Assembly: GCA_963669265.1 (NCBI GenBank)
Contig: OY769916.1
Span: 757,973 to 821,972 of the forward strand
Direction: 5' to 3'
DNA from: Paracoccaceae bacterium
GTDB lineage: Bacteria; Pseudomonadota; Alphaproteobacteria; Rhodobacterales; Rhodobacteraceae
Length of the DNA stretch: 64,000 nt
Shown: in pieces, positions 27,410-38,098 of the stretch
Position numbering within the stretch: position 1 is the first letter of the stretch
How the letters are laid out: each line of letters begins with the position of its first letter
The notes under the pieces: generated by a model
The model's database searches: none
What the model saw: the letters and a program-made list of their open reading frames with translations, nothing else
What the model was told of the DNA's origin: nothing
Made by a program: the position numbers and the translations under genes

Positions 27410-27421
27410 GACGGCGCTTTC

Positions 27422-28306
27422 TTACCCCATCCGCTCAGACGCGAAACCGCCCGGCCCCGCGGGGAAAACGACGGTCTTGTTGCCATTCAGGAATGCGCGG
27501 TGATGCGCATGGGCGTGAACCGCACGGGACAGCACCTGGCTTTCCACATCGCGCCCCAGCGAGACATAGTCGGACGCCGACTGGGCGTGAGAGACACGCG
27601 CGATGTCCTGCTCGATGATCGGACCCTCATCCAGATCCGAGGTCACGTAATGCGACGTCGCGCCGATCATCTTCACTCCACGCTCGAACGCTTGCTTATA
27701 GGGCGCGGCGCCCTTGAAGCTCGGCAGGAATGAATGGTGGATATTGATGATCCGGCCGGACATCTTGGTGCACATCTCGTCGGAGAGAACCTGCATATAG
27801 CGAGCGAGCACCACCAGTTCGGCGCCGGTCTCCTCAATCACAGCCATCTGCTCAGCTTCCGCCTTGGCCTTGTTCTCTTTGGTCACCTTGATCCGGTGAA
27901 ACGGAATGTCCTGATTCACCACGACCTTTTGGTAGTCCATGTGGTTTGAGATCACCGCCACGATCTCGATCGGCAAAGCGCCGATCCGAGAGCGGTAGAG
28001 AAGGTCGTTCAGGCAATGGCCAAAGCGCGAGACCATGACCAGCACCCTCATCTTTTCGCCGTCGACATAGAGGCCCGTCTCCATATCGAACTCGTCGGCG
28101 ATTGGCGCGAATTGCGCCTTCAGCGACTCCTGGTCCACCTCGGCCGGACCGTGAAACGCCAGACGCGCGAAAAAGCGACCGGTGTCCTGATCATCGAACT
28201 GGGCGGCATGGGTGATGTTGCATTGCCGCTCCGCCAGAAATCCCGAGATCGCGGCCACCAGGCCGACCCGGGATTTGCATTTCACAGTAAGAACATAGTT
28301 GGTCAT
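27422..28306 (-). CDS. purU: Formyltetrahydrofolate deformylase
   Basis: N-terminal ACT domain 'LTVKCKSRVGLVAAISGFLAERQCNI' plus formyltransferase 'IINIHHSFLPSFKGA'. 294 aa. Confidence 0.93.
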   Translation of the reverse strand: MTNYVLTVKCKSRVGLVAAISGFLAERQCNITHAAQFDDQDTGRFFARLAFHGPAEVDQESLKAQFAPIADEFDMETGLYVDGEKMRVLVMVSRFGHCLNDLLYRSRIGALPIEIVAVISNHMDYQKVVVNQDIPFHRIKVTKENKAKAEAEQMAVIEETGAELVVLARYMQVLSDEMCTKMSGRIINIHHSFLPSFKGAAPYKQAFERGVKMIGATSHYVTSDLDEGPIIEQDIARVSHAQSASDYVSLGRDVESQVLSRAVHAHAHHRAFLNGNKTVVFPAGPGGFASERMG

Positions 28307-28506
28307 TTTACGTTTCTCGCTGACACGGCGTCATGGGCGCATACCCGCAGACGCCAATGCTGATTGGCCTCAGATAGTTGCTCGTCAGATGCAATAGAGA
28401 ATTCGCGCACGCGAGGCGAGCGTCATAATCGTCTCAGGCCAGATCGTCGCGGATCGGCGGAGAATGTGGCGCTATGGCGCGCCCATCCGGCTCGCGTCAA
28501 GCACTC

Positions 28507-29262
28507 TTATTGAGCCTTGTCCTTGGGGTGCTTGCCAAGGATGATCATGCCCAGAAGGTCGTCATCCGTCACCTCGTCGACATTGACCGTCCCCACCAGC
28601 TTGCCGTTTTTCATGACGCTCGCGCGATCGCACAACTTCATCACCTGATGCACATCGTGGTCGATCAGGAAGATACCGATGCCCTCGGCCTTCAGCTGCT
28701 GGATCAGGTCCGCCACCATCTGTGTCTCATGCGGTCCGAGCGCCGCCGTCGGCTCATCCATGATCAGGATCTTGGCGTTGAAATAGACCGCGCGGGCGAT
28801 GGCGACGGATTGCCTTTGGCCGCCGGAAAGCGCTGAGACGGGATCCGCGAATTTGCGGAAATTCGGATTCAGGCGGCCCATGATCTTGCGCGCCTCCGCC
28901 TCCATCGCGGAATCATCGACCAGTCCGAACGGCGTCACCAATTCCCGTCCAAGGAACAGGTTCGAAGCGGCGTCGAGATTGTCGGCCAATGCGAGCGTCT
29001 GGTAGATCGTCTCGATATTGTGGGCGCGGGCGTCGCGCGGATTGTTGATCTCCACCTTCTCGCCATTGATCAGGATATCGCCGCTATCTTTCTGATAGGC
29101 GCCGGAGAGGATCTTGATCAGCGTGGATTTGCCCGCGCCGTTATGCCCGAGCAGGCCGACGACCTCGCCCGGCTGCAAATCAACGCTGACATGATCGACG
29201 GCATGCACGCCGCCGAAGGAAATGCTGATATCGCGCATCTCAACGAGTGGAGCGGCCATCAT
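28507..29262 (-). CDS. Xylose-type ABC transporter ATP-binding protein (single NBD)
   Basis: Walker A 'GHNGAGKST', 'LSGGQRQ', 'ILIMDEPT'. It is the last gene of the xylF-permease-ATPase operon. Confidence 0.88.
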   Translation of the reverse strand: MMAAPLVEMRDISISFGGVHAVDHVSVDLQPGEVVGLLGHNGAGKSTLIKILSGAYQKDSGDILINGEKVEINNPRDARAHNIETIYQTLALADNLDAASNLFLGRELVTPFGLVDDSAMEAEARKIMGRLNPNFRKFADPVSALSGGQRQSVAIARAVYFNAKILIMDEPTAALGPHETQMVADLIQQLKAEGIGIFLIDHDVHQVMKLCDRASVMKNGKLVGTVNVDEVTDDDLLGMIILGKHPKDKAQ

Positions 29263-30557
29263 TTTCCTCCCAGGCGTTTGCGATAGATGATGTCGATCAG
29301 CACCGCGGCCACCAAAACCGAACCCACGACGATATTCTGGAACGGCGCGTCGACCCCGACCATGGCCATGCCCGATTGCAGGCTTTGCATGATCAGCGCC
29401 CCCAAAATGGCCCCGTGGATGGTGCCAAGGCCGCCGCTCAGCGCGGTGCCGCCGATAACCGCCGCCGCGATCACACGAAGCTCGTCAAGCGTGCCGATAT
29501 CATTCGTGTGGTTCGCCAGCCGCGCCGAGGCGACGACGGCGGACAGCGCACACAGAAACCCCATCAGCGCAAAGATCTTGACCGTCAGCAGGCGCGTGTT
29601 GATGCCCGAGAGCTCGGCTGCGTCGGGATTGCCGCCGGTTGCGAAGATGTAGCGTCCAAAGCGCATCCGCTTGGCGACGACCGTCATCACCACGGCGACG
29701 GCGATCAGGATCAGCACAGAAAACGGCAGGCCGTACCCGACCGTCAGCCCTTCCGGCATGACCTCGCCGCGCGCCTCGAACATTCGCTCCAACCTGCGAG
29801 TGGGGATTGAGTAGGAGTTCAAAATCCAGACGAAACCCAAGATGGAGAAGACAACGATCCCGGACAGCGTCGCCTCGGCCCAGACCGGCTTGACCGGGAA
29901 GCCGTGGCGCAGTTTCGAGCGCCGACCATTATAAAGCGCGTAGAGCGCGAGCGCCGCGGCGATCCCGCCGACGATCCAGCTCCATGTCGCGCCCAGCGTG
30001 CCGTTGGTCCCGCCGAAAATCAGGAACGTGCTGTCGAGCGGGCCGATGGTCTGGCCGCTCGTCAAGTACCAGGCGACGTTCCGCCAAACCAGAAAGCCAC
30101 CGAGAGTGACGATGAAGGCGGGTATGGTCAGATACCCCACCATCCAGCCATGGAACGCGCCGATCAACGTTCCCGCGATCAGGCCAGTTATGACCGTCAC
30201 GATCCACGTCATCGGATGGTTCAGCCCCAGGCCCAGCGCATTTGGCAGAATGTCGGTCTGCGTCACAGCCATGATCGCCGAGCAGGTGGCCAGTAGCGCG
30301 CCGACGCTCAGATCGATATGCCGGGTGACGATCACGAACACCATGCCGGTCGCCATGATCGCGACGGAGACGGTCTGGATCGTCAGGTTGAAGATGTTGC
30401 GCGGCGTCAAAAACCGCCCGTCTGTGATCAGGTCGAACCCGATGCAAAGCACGATGAAGGCGCCGACCATCCCCAAAAGACGCGTGTCGAGCTCAAGCTG
30501 AGCGAACAACGACCGATTGGATGTGGCGGAGGGCGGCTGAGGCGTGGTCTCGGTCAT
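29259..30557 (-). CDS. xylH: Xylose-type ABC transporter permease
   Basis: 432-aa polytopic CUT2 permease between the xylF homologue and the ATPase, overlapping the ATPase gene by 4 nt. Confidence 0.8.
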   Translation of the reverse strand: MTETTPQPPSATSNRSLFAQLELDTRLLGMVGAFIVLCIGFDLITDGRFLTPRNIFNLTIQTVSVAIMATGMVFVIVTRHIDLSVGALLATCSAIMAVTQTDILPNALGLGLNHPMTWIVTVITGLIAGTLIGAFHGWMVGYLTIPAFIVTLGGFLVWRNVAWYLTSGQTIGPLDSTFLIFGGTNGTLGATWSWIVGGIAAALALYALYNGRRSKLRHGFPVKPVWAEATLSGIVVFSILGFVWILNSYSIPTRRLERMFEARGEVMPEGLTVGYGLPFSVLILIAVAVVMTVVAKRMRFGRYIFATGGNPDAAELSGINTRLLTVKIFALMGFLCALSAVVASARLANHTNDIGTLDELRVIAAAVIGGTALSGGLGTIHGAILGALIMQSLQSGMAMVGVDAPFQNIVVGSVLVAAVLIDIIYRKRLGGK

Positions 30558-30581
30558 ATCCGGCTCCGACGTTCAGCGATG

Positions 30582-30613
30582 GGACTGCGACCGGCGGAAA
30601 CAGGCCGCAGTCC
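30582..30613 (-). other. Intercistronic GC-rich hairpin after xylF
   Basis: 'ggactgcg...cgcagtcc' is an 8-bp perfect stem (extendable), 29 nt after the xylF stop codon. There is no U-tract on the coding strand. Confidence 0.3.
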
Positions 30614-30641
30614 GAGTTTTTCGTAGAGTTCGGCTACCGCA

Positions 30642-31670
30642 TCAGTTGCAGGGCGCCGGGCCGTTAGAGACGCCCTGGCAGAGCGCGTCCTTGGTGATCC
30701 AGCCTGCGTCTACGACGACGCTGAGATTGTCAGCCGTAATCGGCGCAGGGGCGAGGAATTTCGACGTCATTGTCGTGCCGCCCGGCGACGTCCAGCTCGC
30801 TGCGCCCTCGACATCCGCCATCGCCGTGCCGCCGGCGAGCGCCACCGCGATTTCCGCCGCGTTCCGGCCCAGATCACGCGCGTCTTTCCAAACCGAGACC
30901 GTCTGCGTGCCCAGAGCGACCCGGTTCAGCGCGGCGTGATCGCCATCCTGACCGGAGACCGGAATACCTTCCATGCCCTGTGCGGTCAGCGCGGCCACGA
31001 CGCCGCCAGCCGTGCCGTCATTCGAGGCCACGACCGCATCGACATTGTTGTCGTTGGCGGTGAGGATCTGCTCCATATTGCGCTGCGCGTTGGCCGGCAG
31101 CCAACCATCGGTATAGGCCTCGCCGACGATCTTGATCGCGCCGGAGTCGATGGCTTCCTGAAGGATCTCTTGCTGACCGCCGCGCAGGAAATCCGCGTTC
31201 GGATCGGTGGGCGAGCCCTTGATCATCACGTAGTTGCCTTCGGGCTGCGCAGCGAACACAGCGCGGGCCTGCATCCGGCCAACCTCGACATTGTCGAAGG
31301 TCAGATAGAAAGCGCGGTTGTCTTCAATCAGACGGTCATAAGCGACGACCGGAATGCCCTCATCCGCCGCGGCCTGCACCGCCGGTCCGATGGCCTGAGC
31401 ATCCTGCGCCAGAACGATCAGAGCGTCGACGCCCTGCGCGATCAGGCTTTCGATATCCGACAGCTGCTTCGCCGAGGATGACTGCGCGTCCGCCGACAGA
31501 TATTTGGCGCCGCCCGCCTCCAATGCGGAGACCATCGCAGCCTCATCTGTTTTCCAGCGCTCTTCCTGAAAGTTCGACCAGCTGACCCCGACCGTGAGGT
31601 CTTGGGCGAAAGCCGAGCCCGCGAATGCGGACGCCATAATCGCCACTACGGCGAAACCCGTTTTTTTCAT
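30642..31670 (-). CDS. xylF: D-xylose-binding periplasmic protein
   Basis: Start trimmed to ATG 31670 (SD 'ggagga'), giving the signal peptide 'MKKTGFAVVAIMASAFAGSAFA'. Blocks 'VSWSNFQEERWKTDE', 'VVAYDRLI' and 'LTFDNVEVGRMQA' parallel E. coli XylF as I recall it. Confidence 0.85.
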   Translation of the reverse strand: MKKTGFAVVAIMASAFAGSAFAQDLTVGVSWSNFQEERWKTDEAAMVSALEAGGAKYLSADAQSSSAKQLSDIESLIAQGVDALIVLAQDAQAIGPAVQAAADEGIPVVAYDRLIEDNRAFYLTFDNVEVGRMQARAVFAAQPEGNYVMIKGSPTDPNADFLRGGQQEILQEAIDSGAIKIVGEAYTDGWLPANAQRNMEQILTANDNNVDAVVASNDGTAGGVVAALTAQGMEGIPVSGQDGDHAALNRVALGTQTVSVWKDARDLGRNAAEIAVALAGGTAMADVEGAASWTSPGGTTMTSKFLAPAPITADNLSVVVDAGWITKDALCQGVSNGPAPCN

Positions 31671-31731
31671 TAAATCCTCCCTTGGCATTGGCTCCGACAG
31701 TCGCACCAAATTGCCTTTCTCCGGCCTACCT

Positions 31732-31760
31732 TAATTTAATTCGTCAGTCAAATTAAATTA
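31732..31760. promoter_or_regulatory. AT-rich inverted repeat TAATTTAATT-N9-AATTAAATTA, operator candidate
   Basis: Perfect 10-bp arms with the 9-bp spacer 'cgtcagtca', in the xylF / ROK-regulator divergent region. The architecture matches the repeat upstream of xylB (39558-39584). Confidence 0.45.
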
Positions 31761-31846
31761 TGCTACGGTCCCCGCATGGCAGCCAAAACGATCATCGAAT
31801 CGCAATATAGGAGCGCGCGTCCCAGCAGGCGTCGCTGGCCCCGTAC

Positions 31847-33100
31847 ATGGTGAGCGACGCGGCCGCTACGCCGCCCAAAAAACCTGGCGTCGCCTCGCCC
31901 GAGGGTCAGAGGGAGCGAGGACGCCGCGTGGTGTTTGAATGCATTCGGCGACACGGGCCGATCGCCCGTGTCGACGTCGCCAATGACACCGGCATCAGCC
32001 CCGCGACCGTTACCGCCATCGTCGCCGAGATGATCGAGGAGGGCTTGGTTGAAGAGAGCCCGGACGTCGAGGCCGAGACCGGCAAAAAACGCGGCAGGCC
32101 AAGAGTTTACCTAAAGATACGGGGCGAAGCACATCTGGTCGGCGGCCTGAAAATCGCCCATCGCAGCATCTCGACCGTCATCACGAATTTCGAAGGCGAG
32201 CAGATCGCGAAACGAGAGACCCCGCTGGCGAGAACCAGCCACGAGACCGCTGAGCTGGCCGAGCGCTGCGCTGAGGCGATCGAAGAGACTGCGAAGGATG
32301 CGGGACTGGACGCAGCGGACCTCTCGGCGGTGGGCGTCGGCATGGCCGGGCTGATCGACGCGAATCGCGGATTCGTCCACTGGTCGCCGTCGCTTTTGTC
32401 GCGCAACGTCGCCATCGCCCCGGCGCTGAGCGAGCGCCTGAAGTCGCCTGTCTTCGTCGACAACGACGCCAATCTGGTCGCAATGGCGGAGCGGCTGTTC
32501 GGCCGCGGCCGCGACGTCGACGATTTTCTCGTCGTAACCATCGAGAACGGCGTCGGCATCGGGATCGTGCTGGGCGGCCAGATCTATCGCGGCGTCCGAG
32601 GCTGCGGCGCGGAGTTTGGCCACACCAAGGTCCAGCTTGACGGCGCGCTCTGCCGATGCGGACAGCGGGGTTGCCTGGAGGCCTATGTCGCTGATTACGC
32701 GTTGGTGCGCGAGGCCTCCGTCGCCTATCCCACAAACGACTCGATCGACCCCGTTCACGCGGTCGAAACGTTGATTTCGGACGCCAAGAAAGGCGTCCAG
32801 CCCGCGCAAACCATCGTCGCCCGCGCGGCGCGCATGTTCGGCATGGGACTGGCTAATCTGGTCAATATCTTCGACCCGGAACTGATCCTGCTCGCCGGTG
32901 AACGGATGCATCTGGATCATCTCTACGAGGAAGAGATCCAGAGCAGTATCCGCAACCTGACGGTCGAGGTGGACGCGCCGCCCCCCAAGATCGTCATCCA
33001 CAAATCCTCGGATGAAATGTGGGCGATGGGAGCCGCCGCATTCGCCATCAGCGGCGTAACGGAGCTGTCCTTGCGGAAGCGGCGAAACCATGCGGCGTAG
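31847..33100 (+). CDS. ROK-family transcriptional regulator (XylR-like)
   Basis: N-terminal wHTH 'VFECIRRHGPIARVDVANDTGISPATVTAIVAEMIEEGLV' and ROK zinc motif 'CRCGQRGCLEAY'. It is divergent from xylF. Confidence 0.85.
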   Translation: MVSDAAATPPKKPGVASPEGQRERGRRVVFECIRRHGPIARVDVANDTGISPATVTAIVAEMIEEGLVEESPDVEAETGKKRGRPRVYLKIRGEAHLVGGLKIAHRSISTVITNFEGEQIAKRETPLARTSHETAELAERCAEAIEETAKDAGLDAADLSAVGVGMAGLIDANRGFVHWSPSLLSRNVAIAPALSERLKSPVFVDNDANLVAMAERLFGRGRDVDDFLVVTIENGVGIGIVLGGQIYRGVRGCGAEFGHTKVQLDGALCRCGQRGCLEAYVADYALVREASVAYPTNDSIDPVHAVETLISDAKKGVQPAQTIVARAARMFGMGLANLVNIFDPELILLAGERMHLDHLYEEEIQSSIRNLTVEVDAPPPKIVIHKSSDEMWAMGAAAFAISGVTELSLRKRRNHAA

Positions 33101-34661
33101 CGCCTTGAGCGCCGCGGCGCTGGCGATGGTGCTGTCCGGGACGCAAGCCCTTGCAGGCTCTCCAACTTTCGCCGACCGCACAAGCGATATCAACCATGTC
33201 TATGACGGCGGCTGGGAGCATTTCGTCGGCGGCGGGGCGGCAGTCTTCGACTGCTCTGGCGACGGGCTGCCCGAAATCTTCGCCGCAGGCGGAGAAAACC
33301 CGTCGGTCCTGCTGCGCAATAAAAGCGACGGCGCGGAGATGCGATTTCGCGCGGAGACGCCGGCGGCGCTGACCCTGACGGGCGTGATCGGCGCCTATCC
33401 CCTGCATCTCAACGCGGATGCGCAACCCGATCTGGTGGTGCTACGCACCGGCGACAACATCGTCCTGCAGGGCGATGGCGATTGTAATTTTACTAACGTC
33501 ACCGTGGATCTCGGCCTCTCCGATCAGAGCGGCTGGACGACGGCATTCTCCGCGACTTGGGAGGCTGCGCGTCGCCTCCCGACTCTGGCGTTTGGAAACT
33601 ACGTCGATCGGGACGACCCGGACGGCCCGTTCGAAGCCTGTGACACGAACCTGCTCTATCGGGCCGAGGGCGATGCGTACGGTCCCCCGATGAAGTTGGA
33701 GCCGGGGTATTGCGCACTTTCCATGCTTTTCAGCGACTGGGGTCGCCAGGGACGCGCAGATCTCAGGATCTCCAATGACCGCCACTACTATGTGCGCGGC
33801 GGCGAGGAGCAGCTTTGGCGGATGGGGCCGGAGCCCAGCCTCTACACCCAAGCCGACGGCTGGCGCAGCCACCGCCTTTGGGGCATGGGCATCGCCAGCC
33901 GGGATATCACCGGCGACGGCCAGCCAGAGGTTTTTCTCTCATCGATGGGCGATCAGCGGCTTCAGATGCTGGAAATTGGCGCGGAAGGGCCGAGTTTTCA
34001 GGATGTCAGATTCGAACTAGGATCCAGCGCACACCGGCCGCATACCGGCGATGATGGGCGGCCTTCGACGGGCTGGCAGATCTCTTTCGGCGATGTCGAT
34101 AATGACGGGCGCGATGACGTGTTCATCGCCAAAGGAAATGTGGACCAGATGCCCAACAGCGCCATGAGCGATCCCAACAATCTACTGATGCAACAAACCG
34201 ACCGGAGCTTTCGGGAAGCGGCTGTGGAGGCTGGCGTCGCCTCCCCCCATCGGTCCAGAGGCGCCGTTCTCGCCGACCTCAACGCCGACGGCCTGCTGGA
34301 TTTGGTCGTGGTGAACCGCCGGGCGAATATCGAACTTTATGAGAACGTCTCGGCGGTGACGGGGAGCTGGCTGAAGATCGAACTACGCCAGTCCGCTCCG
34401 AACATCGCCGCCGTCGGCGCGTGGATCGAGCTTGCAAGCGCCCAAAGCGATATTCAGTCGCGCGAATTGACCGTTGGGGGCGGTCACGCCAGCGGCGCCT
34501 TGGGACCTGAGCATTTCGGCCTTGGCGACGTGGAGGAGGCGCGCATTCGGATCATCTGGCCCGGCGGAGAGACCTCTGACTGGCGAGATGTCGTCGCCAA
34601 TCAATCCCTGCGCATCTGGCGCGAAGAGGGCGCGTCGCTTCGGATCGAGCCCGTGAACTAG
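33090..34661 (+). CDS. Secreted FG-GAP/VCBS-repeat protein with ASPIC/UnbV-like C-terminal domain (CRTAC1 family)
   Basis: Signal peptide 'MRRSALSAAALAMVLSGTQALA'. Repeated 'DxxGDGxxD'-type FG-GAP motifs ('DITGDGQPEVF', 'DVDNDGRDDVF', 'DLNADGLLDLV'). C-terminal 'GGGHASG...HFGLG' block. Confidence 0.75.
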   Translation: MRRSALSAAALAMVLSGTQALAGSPTFADRTSDINHVYDGGWEHFVGGGAAVFDCSGDGLPEIFAAGGENPSVLLRNKSDGAEMRFRAETPAALTLTGVIGAYPLHLNADAQPDLVVLRTGDNIVLQGDGDCNFTNVTVDLGLSDQSGWTTAFSATWEAARRLPTLAFGNYVDRDDPDGPFEACDTNLLYRAEGDAYGPPMKLEPGYCALSMLFSDWGRQGRADLRISNDRHYYVRGGEEQLWRMGPEPSLYTQADGWRSHRLWGMGIASRDITGDGQPEVFLSSMGDQRLQMLEIGAEGPSFQDVRFELGSSAHRPHTGDDGRPSTGWQISFGDVDNDGRDDVFIAKGNVDQMPNSAMSDPNNLLMQQTDRSFREAAVEAGVASPHRSRGAVLADLNADGLLDLVVVNRRANIELYENVSAVTGSWLKIELRQSAPNIAAVGAWIELASAQSDIQSRELTVGGGHASGALGPEHFGLGDVEEARIRIIWPGGETSDWRDVVANQSLRIWREEGASLRIEPVN

Positions 34662-34684
34662 CACGAGCGGCACAGCGCCCGGTA

Positions 34685-35317
34685 TCAGGCTCGCGCGGCC
34701 CCGCCCTCCCGAAATTGCTTGGTGCTGTTGGTCGATGGATAGGGCTCGTCAGGCACGGGCGTCCCAAGAAAATCGCAAAGCGGGTCCCATCCTGTACCGG
34801 TTTCATAGACGAGAAGGCGCTCAGCCGAAATCGACGCCTGAACGTCTGCCGCATGGGCGTTGAAGGCCGAGATCGCATGCTCCCTGTCGTCCAGACGCCC
34901 GCCAAAAATACCCTCGACGATTAAGCTGTGACACATCTCGGCGATAGCGTTCATATGCGCACTGTCATGGCGGCCCCGCAGGGTGGTCATGACCGGTCCG
35001 ATTGTCGCCTGCACGCTGTCATACCAACTGTCCGGATCGCGCAGGCTGAGGATGACTTTCGCATCGGGATAGTGGTCGGCGAGCTCTCGCCAATAGGCGG
35101 CGCCCGGCCAGTCCACCTGCGCGCGATAGCCTTGAAAGATCGCGTCCCAGTCGACTGCTTCGCCGCGGGCGGCGGCCTCCCACCCCGGCAGTTGACCGGG
35201 ATTGTCGCGCACTTCGAACATATGGTGACACGGACCAAATCCGAGCTGCTCTAGCGCCAGTCTCAGCGAGTTCGTGCCCGTGCGCCCAAAACCGGCCCCA
35301 ATGATGCTCAACGCCAT
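34685..35317 (-). CDS. Sulfotransferase-family protein
   Basis: 210 aa. The N-terminal 'GAGFGRTGTNSL' resembles a PAPS 5'-phosphosulfate-binding loop. Small cytosolic protein. Confidence 0.6.
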   Translation of the reverse strand: MALSIIGAGFGRTGTNSLRLALEQLGFGPCHHMFEVRDNPGQLPGWEAAARGEAVDWDAIFQGYRAQVDWPGAAYWRELADHYPDAKVILSLRDPDSWYDSVQATIGPVMTTLRGRHDSAHMNAIAEMCHSLIVEGIFGGRLDDREHAISAFNAHAADVQASISAERLLVYETGTGWDPLCDFLGTPVPDEPYPSTNSTKQFREGGAARA

Positions 35318-35442
35318 AGCATTCTCCGATGTATTGATCCGCCCTGAGCGGTAAAAAAGGGTTTGTGGACTTAAAATTACAGGTGACTGGGATGATACTC
35401 TACTGTCCTCGCTTTTGAGGCGGGAAGAGTCTGCTCACTCCC

Positions 35443-36786
35443 CTACTCCACTGGCAGACCGCTGGGCACTTCCGTCGGAACGCCCAGACGGCCGGCGACG
35501 CTGCGTTCGTCGGTCAGCGCATGAAGAAAGGCGATGATGTTCGCGATTTCCTCTTCTGACATTGATATTGGCGCCAGACTGTTCGCCGCCGCGATCCGGT
35601 CGACTTCTTCCGGGTCGGCGACGATCGCGAAATCGGATTCCTCAGCTCCGCCTGGCAGAACGGCCTGAGTGGAATCGTAGCGCCGCAGCGCGGCCACCGG
35701 GTCCAGATGGTGCCGCACCACCGCATCGAGCGTCGCATAGGCGCCCGAATGGCCGTAGGGCGCCGTACGCGTCACGTTGCGCAGAGAGGGCGCGCGGAAA
35801 GCGAAAGCGTCCGCCTCCCGCCCGGTCACGCGCATCCGTCCGACATCGCGGGAGTGCGACTCAAAGCGCGCCGCCTTTCCCGGCCCGATCTGCGGCATGG
35901 CGATGGCGTGGAACCGGTGATCGGTCTGAAAGACGCCGCTATGGCACGCGTCGCACCCCGCCTCGCCATAAAAGAGCGCCATGCCCGCGACCGCCGCAGG
36001 CTCTAATGGCGCGCCGCCCCGTAGATAGCGATCGAAGGGGCTGTCATCCGCGCGCCACTCCGTCGCGATGAACGCCGCCAGCATGTTGGAGATATCGGTG
36101 AAGGCGATGGGGGCATCCGCACTCAGCAACTCAGCGAACCGATCCCGGTATTCGGGTATCTCCGCGACGCGTGCCGCGATCTTTCCCCATGCGCCGTCCG
36201 CCCCGGTGATCAGCCCCTGCCGAACCGCTCGAGAGACCTCGTTCTCGGAATAGTGCCCGGCCATCTCGTCCGGCGAGAGCACGGGGAACATGGTCTGAGC
36301 GGCGAGCACGCTGTCAAAGCCGACAACCATCTCGTCCTCCAGCGGCGTGCGCAGGCCGCTCTTGCGCGAGTGATCCACCTCCAAACGCCCGTCATGGAAC
36401 AGCGACGTGAACTCGGCGGCCCCCAGATTGAACAGCGCGGGCGAATTGCGGGGAATGCGCTGTTCCGGCGGATTGTCGGACGCAGGCGCACGCTCCGGCC
36501 CCAACCCCTCGCCGCCCTCGCCCATGCCGAGCGAGACGCCGTCGGAGGTCGCAAAACGCGGATGATGGCAATCGGCGCAGGAGATGTTGCGGTTGCCGCT
36601 GAGCACCTTGTCATAGAACAGGAGCTGCCCCAGCTTGACCGCCTTGGGATCATGTGCGGCGAAGTCCGGCGCCGCGTCGGGCAGCGGCCCGGCGATGGCG
36701 GCCCCCGCGAGCGCCGACACCAGGCAGACGAGATAGCGCCTCAGCCACGCCAATTGTCGCCAGCCTCCCGCCCTACCCGCATGCAA
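35443..36786 (-). CDS. Di-haem cytochrome c peroxidase (CCP/MauG family)
   Basis: Two CXXCH motifs ('CADCHHP', 'CDACHSG'), N-terminal signal-like segment, 447 aa. Confidence 0.85.
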   Translation of the reverse strand: MHAGRAGGWRQLAWLRRYLVCLVSALAGAAIAGPLPDAAPDFAAHDPKAVKLGQLLFYDKVLSGNRNISCADCHHPRFATSDGVSLGMGEGGEGLGPERAPASDNPPEQRIPRNSPALFNLGAAEFTSLFHDGRLEVDHSRKSGLRTPLEDEMVVGFDSVLAAQTMFPVLSPDEMAGHYSENEVSRAVRQGLITGADGAWGKIAARVAEIPEYRDRFAELLSADAPIAFTDISNMLAAFIATEWRADDSPFDRYLRGGAPLEPAAVAGMALFYGEAGCDACHSGVFQTDHRFHAIAMPQIGPGKAARFESHSRDVGRMRVTGREADAFAFRAPSLRNVTRTAPYGHSGAYATLDAVVRHHLDPVAALRRYDSTQAVLPGGAEESDFAIVADPEEVDRIAAANSLAPISMSEEEIANIIAFLHALTDERSVAGRLGVPTEVPSGLPVE

Positions 36787-36793
36787 CCGGTCC

Positions 36794-38098
36794 TCACACG
36801 AACCGGTTCACATAGTTCTCCAGGATCTCCTGCCGGCCGGAGCGCGGCTCGGGATTGATCCCCTCCGTCAGCACACGGCCTGTAATGCTCTCCAAATCGC
36901 TCGATAACATCGCGACCGCAGCCGGTTCACTCCATCTGGCGTAACGTTCCTCCAGCGCCGCCTCCAGCCCGCCATCCTCGATCATGGCGGCGGCGGCCTT
37001 CAGGCCTCGGGCGCAGATATCCATGCCGCCGACATGCGACGCGATCAGATCAACCGGATCAATGGACTGACGGCGGATCTTGGCGTCGAAATTGGTGCCG
37101 CCGGATGTGAAGCCGCCGCTTTTCAGGATGTGGTAATAGGCCAGCGCGACCTCAGGCGCATTGTTCGGGAACTGATCCGTATCCCAGCCGGATTGATAGT
37201 CGTTTCGGTTCATATCGATTGAGCCGAGCATGCCCTCGGCGGCGGCGACGGCGAGTTCGTGCTCGAATGAGTGGCCAGCGAGGATCGCGTGGCCCTGCTC
37301 GATATTCAGCTTCACCTCGTCTTCCAACCCGTATTTGCGCAGAAAACCAATACAGGTCGCCGCGTCGAAATCATACTGGTGCTTCGAGGGTTCCTGCGGC
37401 TTCGGCTCCACCAGGATCGCGCCCTTGAACCCGATCTTGTGCTTATACTCGACCACCATATTCAGAAACCGGCCCATATGGTCGAGTTCGGCGCTCAGGT
37501 CGGTGTTCAGAAGGGTCTCATACCCCTCGCGCCCGCCCCAGAGCACGTAGTTCTCGCCGCCCAGCTTACGGGTGGCGTCGAGGCAACTTTTCACCGCAGC
37601 GGCGGCGAAAGCGAACACATCGGGGTCCGGATTGGTCGAGGCCCCGGCCATCCAGCGCCGGTGGCTGAACATGTTGGCGGTGCCCCACAGCAGCTTAGTG
37701 GAGGACGCCGCCATCTTGTCGGCTACGTAATCCGTGATCTCTTCCAGCGTAGCCAGATTGTCGGCGAAATTGCCCTGATCGGGGCGCAGATCGGCGTCAT
37801 GCCAGCAGAAATAGGGCGCGCCGAGAATGTCGAACATCTCGAACGCGACATCGGCCTTCAGCCGCGCGCGCTCCATGCTATCCTGCGGATGCCACGGGCG
37901 CTCAAAGGTCGATCCGCCAAAGGGATCACCGCCCTCCCAAGCGAAGGAATGCCAATAGGCGACCGCGAACCGGAGGTGATCCTCCATACGCTTGCCCAGC
38001 ACCACCTCATCGGGGTCGTAATGTCGGAACGCCAGATCGCCCGACCCGTCCGGCCCTTCATAGCGGACTTTCTCAATCCCTTCGAAAAAGTCGGTCAT
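36794..38098 (-). CDS. xylA: Xylose isomerase
   Basis: 434 aa. 'FCWHDADL', 'VEPKPQEP' and '[15 protein letters not shown]' are hallmark class II XylA blocks. Confidence 0.97.
   Translation of the reverse strand: MTDFFEGIEKVRYEGPDGSGDLAFRHYDPDEVVLGKRMEDHLRFAVAYWHSFAWEGGDPFGGSTFERPWHPQDSMERARLKADVAFEMFDILGAPYFCWHDADLRPDQGNFADNLATLEEITDYVADKMAASSTKLLWGTANMFSHRRWMAGASTNPDPDVFAFAAAAVKSCLDATRKLGGENYVLWGGREGYETLLNTDLSAELDHMGRFLNMVVEYKHKIGFKGAILVEPKPQEPSKHQYDFDAATCIGFLRKYGLEDEVKLNIEQGHAILAGHSFEHELAVAAAEGMLGSIDMNRNDYQSGWDTDQFPNNAPEVALAYYHILKSGGFTSGGTNFDAKIRRQSIDPVDLIASHVGGMDICARGLKAAAAMIEDGGLEAALEERYARWSEPAAVAMLSSDLESITGRVLTEGINPEPRSGRQEILENYVNRFV

Noticed and set aside
28307-28506. Possible riboswitch (for example ZTP/pfl-type) in the 200-nt leader of purU
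   Set aside because: Reading the minus-strand leader, I could not find the conserved ZTP motif blocks (GGGUCGUGAC... / CCGCCUGGGCA-like pseudoknot), only a generic hairpin (GGCGUC...GACGCC) near the RBS. An Infernal/Rfam scan would settle it.
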